32,000 nt of DNA from Acaryochloris thomasi RCC1774 (GCF_003231495.1 NZ_PQWO01000001.1:90001-122000); one strand, 5' to 3'; shown: positions 9,167 to 18,194, numbered from the stretch's first letter. Numbers and translations are program-made. Notes: a model not told the origin generated them from the sequence alone.

Positions 9167-10168
9167 CTAACCATCAAGGGGCGCAGGTAAACCTGCAATC
9201 AAAGGGACCGCTGTATCGGCTCCATTCACGTACCTTGATGATCTATTTTGATGTCGCGGGGCTTGGAGCAATACAGACAGAGTTGCAATCGCATCCTCTG
9301 CATTGCTCACCGGATGGGACCACTGAATAGCCCGCTGCTTCTGATCATCATACCGACGATCACAGGGAAGCGATATTAGCGGAATACCCAACGCAACAGC
9401 CTCAAAAATCGTGTTGTAGCCCGCTCCCCCCACAATCACATCTGCCTGCTGCAAAACCGTCATCCCCGGCCAGTGCTGTACCCAACACTCTTCGGGGCAG
9501 TTGTGCGGCTGCTGAAACGCTAAACAGCGCACCGTCACCTGCGGAAACGCAGCCTGAATCTTCGCCGTCAGTTCTCCCCAAAAATTTAGTTCGTCTGGAT
9601 TACCTGCCGCAGAGATAATCACCAAGGGTTGAGGTGTATTGATTGGATCTAATTCTGGATGGCTCAACATCACCCACGGTTCAGTAATGACCGCTTGGGG
9701 CAAATCCGCAAAACAGGTGTCCTCTTTCTCCCCTGGGACTAAAACCAAATCGTATTGCTGGGCAACCCAGGGGACGAGATCTTTCGCAACCACATAGTCG
9801 GGATTCAAGACACGGTGAATCAGTACCTTAGGGATCTCGAGCATCGGTAGGCAGGTTACCAGTTCACCCCCCAGCCCCCTCGGGAAAGTATCAACAATCA
9901 AACAGTCAAATTCAGCATTCAAGATCTGCTCCTGAACCTGATGACTAGTCTCAGCCGGTTCTACCTGAGCCGATAGCACCTGCAGTTCTAAATGCGACGC
10001 TGGGACCGGCAGCACATTTGCCTGTAGCTGCTCTTGAACCCAGCTTGCGTAGGGAGAGTTGGTTAGAATGCGGACTCGATGCTGCTGTGCCGCTCTGCAA
10101 CCCAGCGCGATCGCACGATTCAAGTGTCCCCAACCACCGCCAAGAGCATAAATGAGCCAGGTGGTCAT
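9167..10168 (-). CDS. MurG-like / GT28-family glycosyltransferase
   Basis: 333-aa ORF. N-terminal GGGWGHLNRAIAL glycine loop and C-terminal IVGGAGYNTIFEAVALGIPLISLP...DQ..RA, as in Glyco_tran_28_C/MurG-type enzymes. The start lies 3 nt after the FHA gene stop. Confidence 0.6.
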   Translation of the reverse strand: MTTWLIYALGGGWGHLNRAIALGCRAAQQHRVRILTNSPYASWVQEQLQANVLPVPASHLELQVLSAQVEPAETSHQVQEQILNAEFDCLIVDTFPRGLGGELVTCLPMLEIPKVLIHRVLNPDYVVAKDLVPWVAQQYDLVLVPGEKEDTCFADLPQAVITEPWVMLSHPELDPINTPQPLVIISAAGNPDELNFWGELTAKIQAAFPQVTVRCLAFQQPHNCPEECWVQHWPGMTVLQQADVIVGGAGYNTIFEAVALGIPLISLPCDRRYDDQKQRAIQWSHPVSNAEDAIATLSVLLQAPRHQNRSSRYVNGADTAVPLIAGLPAPLDG

Positions 10169-10171
10169 ACT

Positions 10172-10981
10172 CTAGCTATCACCAAAGCTGGTTTCATAGT
10201 CGGTATCCGTTTCATCTTCAAAGCTGGCAGCATCGGCTTCAGTAAAGTCTACATTCCGTGAATCGCTGTTGTAGGCGTAGCGATCGCGATCACGATAATA
10301 GCTGTAGCCCCAATAGCCCCGACCATAGCGTCCATAGTTGGGGTAAAGATCATAGTCGTAAAAGTAGGGATCGTTGTTAGCCTGACCATTGCGACAGTAG
10401 GGGCAGCCCTGAGGTGTCGTGCGCTCACAGGGACGCTTGAACAGGAAGCCCACTTTGCGATCGCATCTCCAGTTCCCAGCAACACTCTCCCCTGCAGCCG
10501 AGGATAGCCCCGAGGCCAATTCATCAAACCCACTCGCCCCACTCATTGACACTGGATTAGGGATTCCAGCCGCCGACGGAGGCTGCAGGTCTTCGCCAGC
10601 AGCCGAGGGGGGACTCTGCGGCACAGCCTCAACGGGAGCAACCGGCGGCAGGGTATCTTCAGCCGGGAGCTTGAACTCCAGCTCAAAGGGGCCGATCTGG
10701 ATCAGATCGCCCTCCTGTAACGGTGCAGAACTAAAAGCAATGCCGTTCACGCTCAGAGACGCATTGGCTTGCCCCTCAATCGCAACAGACCCATCCTGCT
10801 CTTTAAGCAGTGCATGATAAATCTCCACCTGATCATCGGCCAGCACAACCCGGCTAACCGCCTGTCCATCGAGAGACCCCGGCATCAAGCCAAAGCTACG
10901 TCCGAGGGCAATGGGCAAAGCAAACACGGGCTGATAGACTTGCCCGCTGCCCGGATCAGTCCAAATTAGTTGAATACGCAT
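10172..10981 (-). CDS. FHA domain protein with Pro-rich linker, Cys4 motif and Tyr/Gly/Arg/Asp-rich tail
   Basis: The N-terminal 100 aa show an FHA pattern (LGRS...VSR...H...V.G..N.S.SVNG......L.EGD.IQIG.FE.EF). The linker carries a duplicated PPSAAG. A C-x11-C-x7-C-x2-C motif follows (Cys173/185/193/196), then a tail with 12 Tyr in residues 205-237. Confidence 0.65.
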   Translation of the reverse strand: MRIQLIWTDPGSGQVYQPVFALPIALGRSFGLMPGSLDGQAVSRVVLADDQVEIYHALLKEQDGSVAIEGQANASLSVNGIAFSSAPLQEGDLIQIGPFELEFKLPAEDTLPPVAPVEAVPQSPPSAAGEDLQPPSAAGIPNPVSMSGASGFDELASGLSSAAGESVAGNWRCDRKVGFLFKRPCERTTPQGCPYCRNGQANNDPYFYDYDLYPNYGRYGRGYWGYSYYRDRDRYAYNSDSRNVDFTEADAASFEDETDTDYETSFGDS

Positions 10982-11673
10982 CAGGGAGTTGACTGAGAAA
11001 CGGCATAGGCGAGGGCGGCCTGCTGTTCTGGCGTCAGCACCTCAAACCCGAAGCAGGCCATTGCAATCGGGGATGTTTTGTCCTTGGAATAGAGAACGGT
11101 TTGATCTTCAGCATTGCGGAGCGAAATCTTACCTTCCTTCTCCTTTACTTTGTAGAGGGACTGCTTGTCAGGAGATTCGATTTCATATCCATACTCTCTT
11201 TTCTTAATTCGGTAAATTGGCTGATCGCTACCGGTTTCTAGCTTGTAGTCGCCATCATCCTGTTGGCGAAGAATATAAAGCTCCTCTGACTGTTCGGCAT
11301 TTTCTAGCTTCCAGGCTCCAGTGGTCGGCACCACGTAACCCAGCACCTGATCCTGAGGATCCTTAATTTTGACCTTCTGGGCTGCGTCTATATTCAGTCT
11401 GGCAATCTCAGCCCCCGCAGCATCCTCTAGCTTGGCTCCGTCGGGCTTGTATTTGAGGGTGAAGCGCTCTTGCCCCCCATCCTGCTTAAACTTTACCGAT
11501 GCTTTCACAGTTGTGGGTTCACCGGTACTCAGCTGATCTGGCTGGGCAGCAGCCTCAGTTGAAGGCGGAGCCTCTTGCTCTGTTGCACCACAGCTATTGA
11601 GCAGCAAGAGTGGAGCAAGCAAAAGGCTGATCAGCAAGCCTTGTAGAATTGGTGTTTGATTGGAGGTAGGCAT
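10981..11673 (-). CDS. hypothetical lipoprotein
   Basis: Signal peptide with lipobox LLLNSC. The rest is a Lys/Glu/Asp-rich, beta-like repetitive body. The stop overlaps the FHA start by 1 nt (TGATG). I recognised no family. Confidence 0.6.
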   Translation of the reverse strand: MPTSNQTPILQGLLISLLLAPLLLLNSCGATEQEAPPSTEAAAQPDQLSTGEPTTVKASVKFKQDGGQERFTLKYKPDGAKLEDAAGAEIARLNIDAAQKVKIKDPQDQVLGYVVPTTGAWKLENAEQSEELYILRQQDDGDYKLETGSDQPIYRIKKREYGYEIESPDKQSLYKVKEKEGKISLRNAEDQTVLYSKDKTSPIAMACFGFEVLTPEQQAALAYAVSQSTP

Positions 11674-11706
11674 ATAGATATAAGTGAAAAGACTAAACTA
11701 AAAGCG

Positions 11707-12585
11707 TTATGAAGTCGTTCTCGAAAGCTGCTTCGCTAAATTGAGACCGTGGTAAAGACTGAGAAACATTTGAGTCACCAGATGATCCACTTCCTGAGTA
11801 TCCGCATTTCTGGCATAGCTCGCAGGCGGGATCTTAGCGGCCAACAGTAGGCGGTTATCGCTCACTTTCAGGCGCTTGATTCGAGCATTGTTTGGCAGCT
11901 TGATCGCTTCAGATAAAGATGCTTGGAGCATCGAGATCGCCCCATATCGATTTCTAGAAAACTGCAGCATGAGCGCCACTTCTAACCCTTTAGGCTTCGC
12001 TTTACGCTTGAACTTACTTTTCCCGCTGCGGCTGCGCTTCCAGCCATATTTTTCAATGGTGAATTCTGTAATCGAAATTTGAAAGCGAGTATGGTCAAGA
12101 AACTGTCCTTCTAGCCGAAGCCACGGGTCGGTGTAGCGATCAATCTTCCACTTCGACCGTCTAGGATCAGGAATCGTATCAACTTTTTTGCGTTTGGCCT
12201 TCGGATCGCTAAAGTCAACGGCAAGATGAACAGAGGCTTCCGGCTGCATATCGCGCAGGAACTTAGGAATCAGCAGCTTAGGGATTTCGTAGCGCTCGTT
12301 GATGATGTTGCGACTTTTCTGCCTGTTCCACAGCACGGTCAAGATCACCAGAGGAAGCGCCAGGATCGCCACGAGAATAAATAATGGGGGAAAGAAAAAG
12401 CCTAAAAACAAAAACAAGAAAAATCCAATCACAACGAAGGTCAGAATACCTCCTAATTTTTTTTGCTTTTCCTCTGCAATAGCGTCACTGTCTTCGATCA
12501 AAATCAGGTCAGCAATCAGCTTTTTTGCTGTGCTCCTTTGATCGTAAACTAAGGTCTGTCTAAATGATTCAAGGTTGAGGGTCAC
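11707..12585 (-). CDS. hypothetical membrane protein
   Basis: 292-aa ORF with a long hydrophobic hairpin (GGILTFVVIGFFLFLFLGFFFPPLFILVAILALPLVILTVLW) followed by a basic soluble domain. It is the first gene of the minus-strand cluster ending at 9167. Confidence 0.55.
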   Translation of the reverse strand: MTLNLESFRQTLVYDQRSTAKKLIADLILIEDSDAIAEEKQKKLGGILTFVVIGFFLFLFLGFFFPPLFILVAILALPLVILTVLWNRQKSRNIINERYEIPKLLIPKFLRDMQPEASVHLAVDFSDPKAKRKKVDTIPDPRRSKWKIDRYTDPWLRLEGQFLDHTRFQISITEFTIEKYGWKRSRSGKSKFKRKAKPKGLEVALMLQFSRNRYGAISMLQASLSEAIKLPNNARIKRLKVSDNRLLLAAKIPPASYARNADTQEVDHLVTQMFLSLYHGLNLAKQLSRTTS

Positions 12586-12674
12586 TTAAATCTCCTGCGG
12601 CTTTTATCCTTTTGAGAGAGAGATTTCTCTACTCAAAATCTAGCTGATTTCGATCAGGTCTATCATCTCAGGTT

Positions 12675-13886
12675 ATGCCCGATTTTCCCCTCGCCTACAT
12701 TAGTTTTGATATTGTTCCAGCCCCGAAGGGTGCCGCCGTTCATATTGAAGCGTTTACAGGTGCGATCGCAAATCAATTTGGCCCCCTCCATTTAGTCAGC
12801 GTCTCCCCAACACCAGAAGAGATCCTCTCCCACCAACGCTGGCCAGGGGTCTATCACACAGCGCTCCCGGCCCTGGGCAAAACTCTACTCGATCGCGTTC
12901 TCAGCTTTCGTCGGCAGCTTGATCAATGGCTTAGAAATAAAAGATTTCAGGCGATCCATGTGCGCTCTATTTACGAAGGTTTTCCCATCGCTCAACGTAA
13001 GCAGGAACTTTGCGATCGCCTGATCTTAGAAATTAACGGACTGCCGTCCATTGAGCTGAAGTACCGCTATCCCCGTGTCGCAGAGGATTCCGAGCTAATG
13101 CACAAGCTATTAGCTCAAGAAGCACTGTGCCTATCCCAGGCCGATCAGGTGATCACGCCCAGTGGCGTCACCAAAGCTTTTTTAGTACAGCAGGGAGTGC
13201 CCGCAGACAAAATTGCGGTGATTCCCAACGGCGTAGATTTAAGTGTCTTTACCTATCGAGCACCGCGCCTCAGCCCTGATCTTCAGCCGCTAAAGATGCT
13301 GTATTTTGGGACGCTGAGCGCTTGGCAAGGCGTTGACTTAGCCATCGAAGCACTGGATCTATATTGTCGAGATTTTCCAGCAGTGCTAACGATTTTGGGA
13401 CCCGCGAGGCCACAGCAGTTGCGATCTCTGCTCAAATTAATCCGCCGCCTAGGCCAGCAGGACCGCGTTCAGATTTTAGCCCCCGTGAACCAGGCTCAGC
13501 TTGTACAGCAGATGCACAACGCTGACGTGATCGTTGCCCCACTCAAAGCCAACGATCGCAACTGCATACAAGGATGCTGTCCGCTCAAGATTCTAGAGGG
13601 CATGGCCTCCGGAACTCCAGTCGTGACAAGCGATCTAGACGTTGTTCATGCATTGGGAAGGCAAAATATACATCTACTGATGGGGCGTCCAGGCTCAGCT
13701 AAGGCGATTAAAGATAATTTGCTGCTGCTACGGGCTAATCCTGATCTGCGCCTACAGCTATCGCAAGGGGCGCGTTCTTATATCGAGAGATTTTATACGT
13801 GGGAAAAGTCCAACCAGGATCTCATTCGAGTTTACAAACGTCTAGGCATTCACAAAGTGACTAAGAACATCAGCCCCACACTTTGA
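12675..13886 (+). CDS. glycosyltransferase family 4 (GT-B, group 1)
   Basis: 403-aa ORF with a C-terminal GT1/GT4 pattern ...YFGTLS.WQG.....A......P..........ILEGMASGTPVVTSD. It is divergent from the 12585 cluster. Confidence 0.75.
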   Translation: MPDFPLAYISFDIVPAPKGAAVHIEAFTGAIANQFGPLHLVSVSPTPEEILSHQRWPGVYHTALPALGKTLLDRVLSFRRQLDQWLRNKRFQAIHVRSIYEGFPIAQRKQELCDRLILEINGLPSIELKYRYPRVAEDSELMHKLLAQEALCLSQADQVITPSGVTKAFLVQQGVPADKIAVIPNGVDLSVFTYRAPRLSPDLQPLKMLYFGTLSAWQGVDLAIEALDLYCRDFPAVLTILGPARPQQLRSLLKLIRRLGQQDRVQILAPVNQAQLVQQMHNADVIVAPLKANDRNCIQGCCPLKILEGMASGTPVVTSDLDVVHALGRQNIHLLMGRPGSAKAIKDNLLLLRANPDLRLQLSQGARSYIERFYTWEKSNQDLIRVYKRLGIHKVTKNISPTL

Positions 13887-14296
13887 AGCACAACAAAGCA
13901 GGAGATCGTAGACTCCAAGCCGGTTCAACCATAAAGCTAAATTAAGCCAGGGAAGACATAAAAACGCAAAACATCACGATTTTCAGTTCAATTTTGAAGC
14001 TTGTGAATACTATCTTTTCAAACCAAAATATTTTAGATGTGCAAAGTGATATAGATCACAGCTATCTATCTTTTGTGAGTAGATATACCAGACAGTTTTT
14101 TCTCAACGTTCAATAGTGAGGATTGTTATATAAGACATAAAACTGGGCATTCTATATATAAGTTATACATATAAAGAACAATTGACTCGAGCGCCAGACT
14201 CATTATTGATAACGCACAGATTAGTCTTTACCTTTGATCCTTATTTGATAGACAGGAAGCAGCTTTTTATTCCTTAGATATAGAGTAAATACAGTA

Positions 14297-15556
14297 GTGA
14301 AGCAAGAAATAGACGTAGAGATCAAAGGTCAACTGACGAGCAACACACCGCCAAAGGCTATTCTGAGCCAGCTTGTCGCATCATCAAGCAGCGGCATTTT
14401 AGAAGTTGTAAGCTGTGATGCGGTCTGGCGAATTTACGTTGAAGGGGGGCAGCTCGTATTTGCGAGCCATTCAATCAATCCTTCGGATGTATTAGACCGG
14501 CATCTAAAGGACTTTAGCCGTATCGTACCTGCCATTAATCAGAAAATTAAGCAAGACGTTCGGGCGCTATCTAATCGCTACGATGCTCGGCAAGATCTAC
14601 CGTTTAGCTATCAAGCGATTCGCTGGCTCCAGGATCAGAATTACTTGAATACGGAGCAGGTCATGCTCCTGATTAAGCGACTGTCACAGGAAGCTCTCGA
14701 ATCATATTTACTGCTTGTGGCAGGAGACTATCGATTTATTAGTCGTTCGTCCTCTTTAGATCCGATGAGTCGCTTAGACCTGTTGCTTCTGGTTCAAGAG
14801 TGTCAATATCGCATCAAAGCCTGGAGAGATCTAGGTCCTGAAATTTGGTCTCCCTATCAGGGACTCTATTACTTCAGCCAAAGTGAGCTTCAGCGCCAGT
14901 CTGGTTCTGAGAAGCTCGAAAAATACGGTGGCGTTCTCAGGGGCTTCAGCTTTCGAAAGTTGGCGGTGATTCTAGGACAGGACGAGCTGTCCTTGGCCCA
15001 GGATTTATATTCTGAAATCACGGAGAAAACGATTATCCTGAGGGAGCCGATTGCACCTTATCACTTGTTCCCTAGATTCTCGGATAGATTCCCTAGCTCA
15101 GATCCAAACTTAAGCGGTGATGTCTCTTATAATCCTCAGGAATTTGCAGATCAATTCTTGATTGAGAACAAAACTGGCTCCATGAGTCAATACACCGTTA
15201 TCTGTATTGACGATAGCCCTGCCATTCTGAAGATGGTACAGAGATATTTGATCCAAGAGAAGCTCTGTCCAATCTTAATTGACGACCCCATTAAGGCGTT
15301 GGTCAAGGTCATCAAATCGAATCCTAGCTTGATCTTGCTGGATGTTGAAATGCCTCGAATGGATGGCTACGATCTCTGTCGAATGTTGCGTAAACATCCT
15401 CAGCTCAAAGACACGCCGATTATTATGGTGACGGGCAGGAGCGGTTTCATCAATCGCGCGAAAGCGAAGGTTGTCGGTGCCACGGACTATTTGACCAAGC
15501 CTTTTGATTCCTCTGAACTGTCCAATAAGGTCTTTAGATATCTAGAGTCTGCCTAG
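14297..15556 (+). CDS. PatA-type response regulator (N-terminal PATAN/DUF4388 domain, C-terminal receiver)
   Basis: GTG start. The N-terminus has SGILEVVSCDAVWRIYVEGGQLVFA, typical of PATAN/DUF4388. The C-terminal CheY-like receiver shows ICIDDSP..., LILLDVEMPRMDGYDL and YLTKPF. Confidence 0.8.
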   Translation: MKQEIDVEIKGQLTSNTPPKAILSQLVASSSSGILEVVSCDAVWRIYVEGGQLVFASHSINPSDVLDRHLKDFSRIVPAINQKIKQDVRALSNRYDARQDLPFSYQAIRWLQDQNYLNTEQVMLLIKRLSQEALESYLLLVAGDYRFISRSSSLDPMSRLDLLLLVQECQYRIKAWRDLGPEIWSPYQGLYYFSQSELQRQSGSEKLEKYGGVLRGFSFRKLAVILGQDELSLAQDLYSEITEKTIILREPIAPYHLFPRFSDRFPSSDPNLSGDVSYNPQEFADQFLIENKTGSMSQYTVICIDDSPAILKMVQRYLIQEKLCPILIDDPIKALVKVIKSNPSLILLDVEMPRMDGYDLCRMLRKHPQLKDTPIIMVTGRSGFINRAKAKVVGATDYLTKPFDSSELSNKVFRYLESA

Positions 15557-16715
15557 AGCCGGCAGTTAGAATAGTTTTCAGCATCATGGCTTCAGTGTTT
15601 AGTCCATGTTTTGCTTGGACGTGTTGGCGGGCCTGCTGTCCAATTTTTTGCCGCTGCTCGTGGGGTAGGGCAAGGCATTCGATGATGGCGTGGCCGAGTT
15701 GATGGAGTTGCGATCTCATCAGCAAAAAGCCCGTTTCTCCATGGGTAATCACCTCAGGAATTCCCCCTGCATCGCTGGCAATACAGCAGCGCTCACAGGC
15801 CATCGCCTCCAGCAAAGCATTGGGCATCCCTTCCCATAGCGACGGCTGTAGATAGACATCGCAAAGATTGAGATGCTGTACCACCTCTTCCGGCGTCGGC
15901 AAGTGTCCCGTTATAATCACCCGCTCCGCCGCCTCTGGATGATCTAAGGCAAAGGTCTGGAGTAAAGACTGCGCCGCCGTTCGCAATTCTCCCATCACTA
16001 ACAGGCAGGCAGGTCGCGTTTCCAGGACCTGCGTCAAAGCCTGAAGCAGAAAACGCTGGCCCTTCTTCTCGCGTAGCTCTCCTGAGAAGCCCAGCACAGT
16101 CTCATGATCTGCAATACCAAGCTGTTGCCGGAGCACTTTGTTAGAGTCTGGCTTGGCAACACAGAACAAATCTGCATCAACAGTATTGGGGAGAGTTATT
16201 ACATCGTTGCGCTCACAAACCATTTGCACTTTCTTTGCCATATCTTGACTCACGGCAGTGAGCTGAGTAGCGTGGGCAAGGGTCCACTGCAGCCGCGCAA
16301 AATCTCCGGGCGGAAAGACGGCACGATCCACATCGTTCCCCCGAGCGCTGACAATCGTGGGGCAGTGATTGAGCTGACCAAACCAAACCGCGAGAAAACC
16401 TGCAGGGAAGAGGTAGTGTCCCCACACAACATCGATTGGATGATCATGATTAAGCCAATCGAGAAGATTGAGGGTGTGGGGCATAGTGCCATCCCAATGA
16501 CGGTAGAGGCCCATGCGATGAATCGAGAGCAGGCCACCTGCTGTCTCTACTCTTTCTGGAGGAGCAACGTCTCCTGGCGGCAGATATCGACTCCAGGTCA
16601 CAACTTCTACCGAGTGACCCAGCGTAGTAAGAGATGAGACAATGCGACCCGCACTCCGAGCAACCCCCCCCAGATCGGGAGGGAAACGTTCAGAAAGAAA
16701 AACAATATGACTCAC
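15534..16715 (-). CDS. glycosyltransferase family 4
   Basis: 393-aa ORF. N-terminal FPPDLGGVA glycine loop and an E-x7-E region EGMPNALLEAMACERCCIASDAGGIPEV. Its 3' end overlaps the response regulator 3' end by 23 nt. Confidence 0.8.
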   Translation of the reverse strand: MSHIVFLSERFPPDLGGVARSAGRIVSSLTTLGHSVEVVTWSRYLPPGDVAPPERVETAGGLLSIHRMGLYRHWDGTMPHTLNLLDWLNHDHPIDVVWGHYLFPAGFLAVWFGQLNHCPTIVSARGNDVDRAVFPPGDFARLQWTLAHATQLTAVSQDMAKKVQMVCERNDVITLPNTVDADLFCVAKPDSNKVLRQQLGIADHETVLGFSGELREKKGQRFLLQALTQVLETRPACLLVMGELRTAAQSLLQTFALDHPEAAERVIITGHLPTPEEVVQHLNLCDVYLQPSLWEGMPNALLEAMACERCCIASDAGGIPEVITHGETGFLLMRSQLHQLGHAIIECLALPHEQRQKIGQQARQHVQAKHGLNTEAMMLKTILTAGSRQTLDI

Positions 16716-16730
16716 AAAAGTTGGAGACGC

Positions 16731-17762
16731 CTAACCGTGATTTTGAACGGTCGGTGGAATCACATTCCCTCTCGCTTGCATACTGAGTGCCTCGGGGTGT
16801 GCTCGATAATGCAGGCGAACGGAGTTTGCCAACCGTTTCTTAGTCGGCTCATCCACCGGGCTAGGCTCTTCTGTGGGTAAAGCATCTAGGATGCTAACTA
16901 ACAATTGATCCTGTGGGGACTGGAGCGATTGTTTCCACGAGGTTAGAAGAGACCGGCTCACTTTTTCGGGTAAAGACCCCAAGATACCCACGTCATTCTG
17001 ATCGTGAACCAGCAGCCCTGATGTGGTTCCCCGATCCAGCATCAAGACCTGAAATAGATAGAGACTATGATACGCGAGCTGTTGCTCATAATCGTTAGGG
17101 TTGGCCTGCTCCTGAACAGCTTCTTGGAGAATGCTGGCATAACAATCAATCACAGATTCACCGAAGGTCCGAGCCAAGGCAGAATCTGCAGCCGGATCAT
17201 CCGTGGAATAATCTTCAAGATAAAAATGCGTCACGCCGCGATGACGCTCTAAAGCTGGGATATAAAAATAGCGATCGCCCTGGGCAGACGCTTCTTCATA
17301 CTGTTCGGGCGCTGCTTCTTTTAGGCAGGCGGCAAAACGGTCTTTGAAGTCCTGATTAGGAATTGAGGGATTGAGATCGGCCATAATTCGCCAATAGCCC
17401 TTCCCGCTTTTCATTTCAGTCCAGCTAATGTGCATGTGGACCGATGGTGCATGGGGGTTTCTGGGATGGACGATGGTTGAGATCGCAGAAGCCGAGCCTA
17501 ACTTCTTAGCAGGGTTGCGATCGTAATTAACCTGAGAAATATTAATTGAGGCACGGTTGAAAGTTTGTTCATCCGTGGCTAGATATCGAACCCCACCGCC
17601 GTATTCTCCCTGGTCTCGAAACCATTCGCGTGGCTCGAAGGGCTGCTCTTGCCCCATAGAGCGACTAACGCTTTCTAATTTTTGGACAAATCGCTTCTGC
17701 AGAGTTTCAACAAGAGCATAGGCTTTGATTGCCTCGGGAGACTTTGCTTTCGTTCTTTCCAT
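16731..17762 (-). CDS. divergent coproporphyrinogen III oxidase (HemF)-like protein
   Basis: Collinear with HemF: W.R..G.GGG, SIN.SQV, VHPRNPHAPSVH, DLNP, DRGTTSGL, SLP. Canonical blocks are altered, however: GGGxDL becomes IMADL, RGIGGxFFDD becomes RGVTHFYLED, and RGRYVEFNL becomes HSLYLFQVL. I prefer ATG 17762 (MERTKAK); the track start is 17816. Confidence 0.6.
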   Translation of the reverse strand: MERTKAKSPEAIKAYALVETLQKRFVQKLESVSRSMGQEQPFEPREWFRDQGEYGGGVRYLATDEQTFNRASINISQVNYDRNPAKKLGSASAISTIVHPRNPHAPSVHMHISWTEMKSGKGYWRIMADLNPSIPNQDFKDRFAACLKEAAPEQYEEASAQGDRYFYIPALERHRGVTHFYLEDYSTDDPAADSALARTFGESVIDCYASILQEAVQEQANPNDYEQQLAYHSLYLFQVLMLDRGTTSGLLVHDQNDVGILGSLPEKVSRSLLTSWKQSLQSPQDQLLVSILDALPTEEPSPVDEPTKKRLANSVRLHYRAHPEALSMQARGNVIPPTVQNHG

Positions 17763-17969
17763 AACGCCAAATGAATGTTGTGGGATTGACCAAAGCCATA
17801 ATTCGTGGCCTCTCAAGTCCTTATTCTATAGTCTCATAACGCCATCAACTGTAAGACAAACAGCTTTGTTGGCCCCACTGCTCTGTCCTACCGAGACCCT
17901 GATAATTTCACATCGCAGAGCCTTACGAGGATGTTTGGCATTATTAACGAGGAGCATTATGGTTAATGT

Positions 17970-18161
17970 GTGATCGCTTCATTTAATTGTAAGAAAACAC
18001 AGAAGCTCTTTCAGGGTAAGTTTTCGAGAAAGCTGCTCCAGTCAATTCAGCGGATTGCTGCTCGAAGGTTAGAACAACTTCATGCCGCTACTTTTCTATA
18101 GACGTTACGTATACCGCCTGGAAACAAGCTCGAAGCCTTGAAGCATGATCGCACAGGTCAG
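17970..18161 (+). pseudogene. HigB-like (plasmid maintenance killer, RelE superfamily) toxin remnant
   Basis: From GTG 17970 the sequence reads VIASFNCKKTQKLFQGKFSRKLLQSIQRIAARRLEQLHAATFL*TLRIPPGNKLEALKHDRTGQ. It matches the HigB killer pattern (..SF..K.T.K.F....SRKL...IQR.A.RKL..L.....L..L..PPGN+LE.L.GDR.GQ) but has an in-frame TAG at 18099. The C-terminal third and the partner antitoxin are missing. Confidence 0.6.
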
Positions 18162-18194
18162 ACATCCAAATATAGTACTCATACTCACCAAGCG

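Noticed and set aside
10249-10969. Alternative-frame and antisense ORFs inside the FHA gene (10249-10542 -, 10419-10817 +, 10769-10969 +).
   Set aside because: These are shadow ORFs in a GC-rich, Pro/Ala/Gly-rich coding segment. The FHA frame has the recognisable domain.
16104-16637. 177-aa plus-strand ORF antisense to the GT4 gene, plus minus-strand alternative frames.
   Set aside because: It has no motifs and is fully inside a confidently assigned glycosyltransferase frame.
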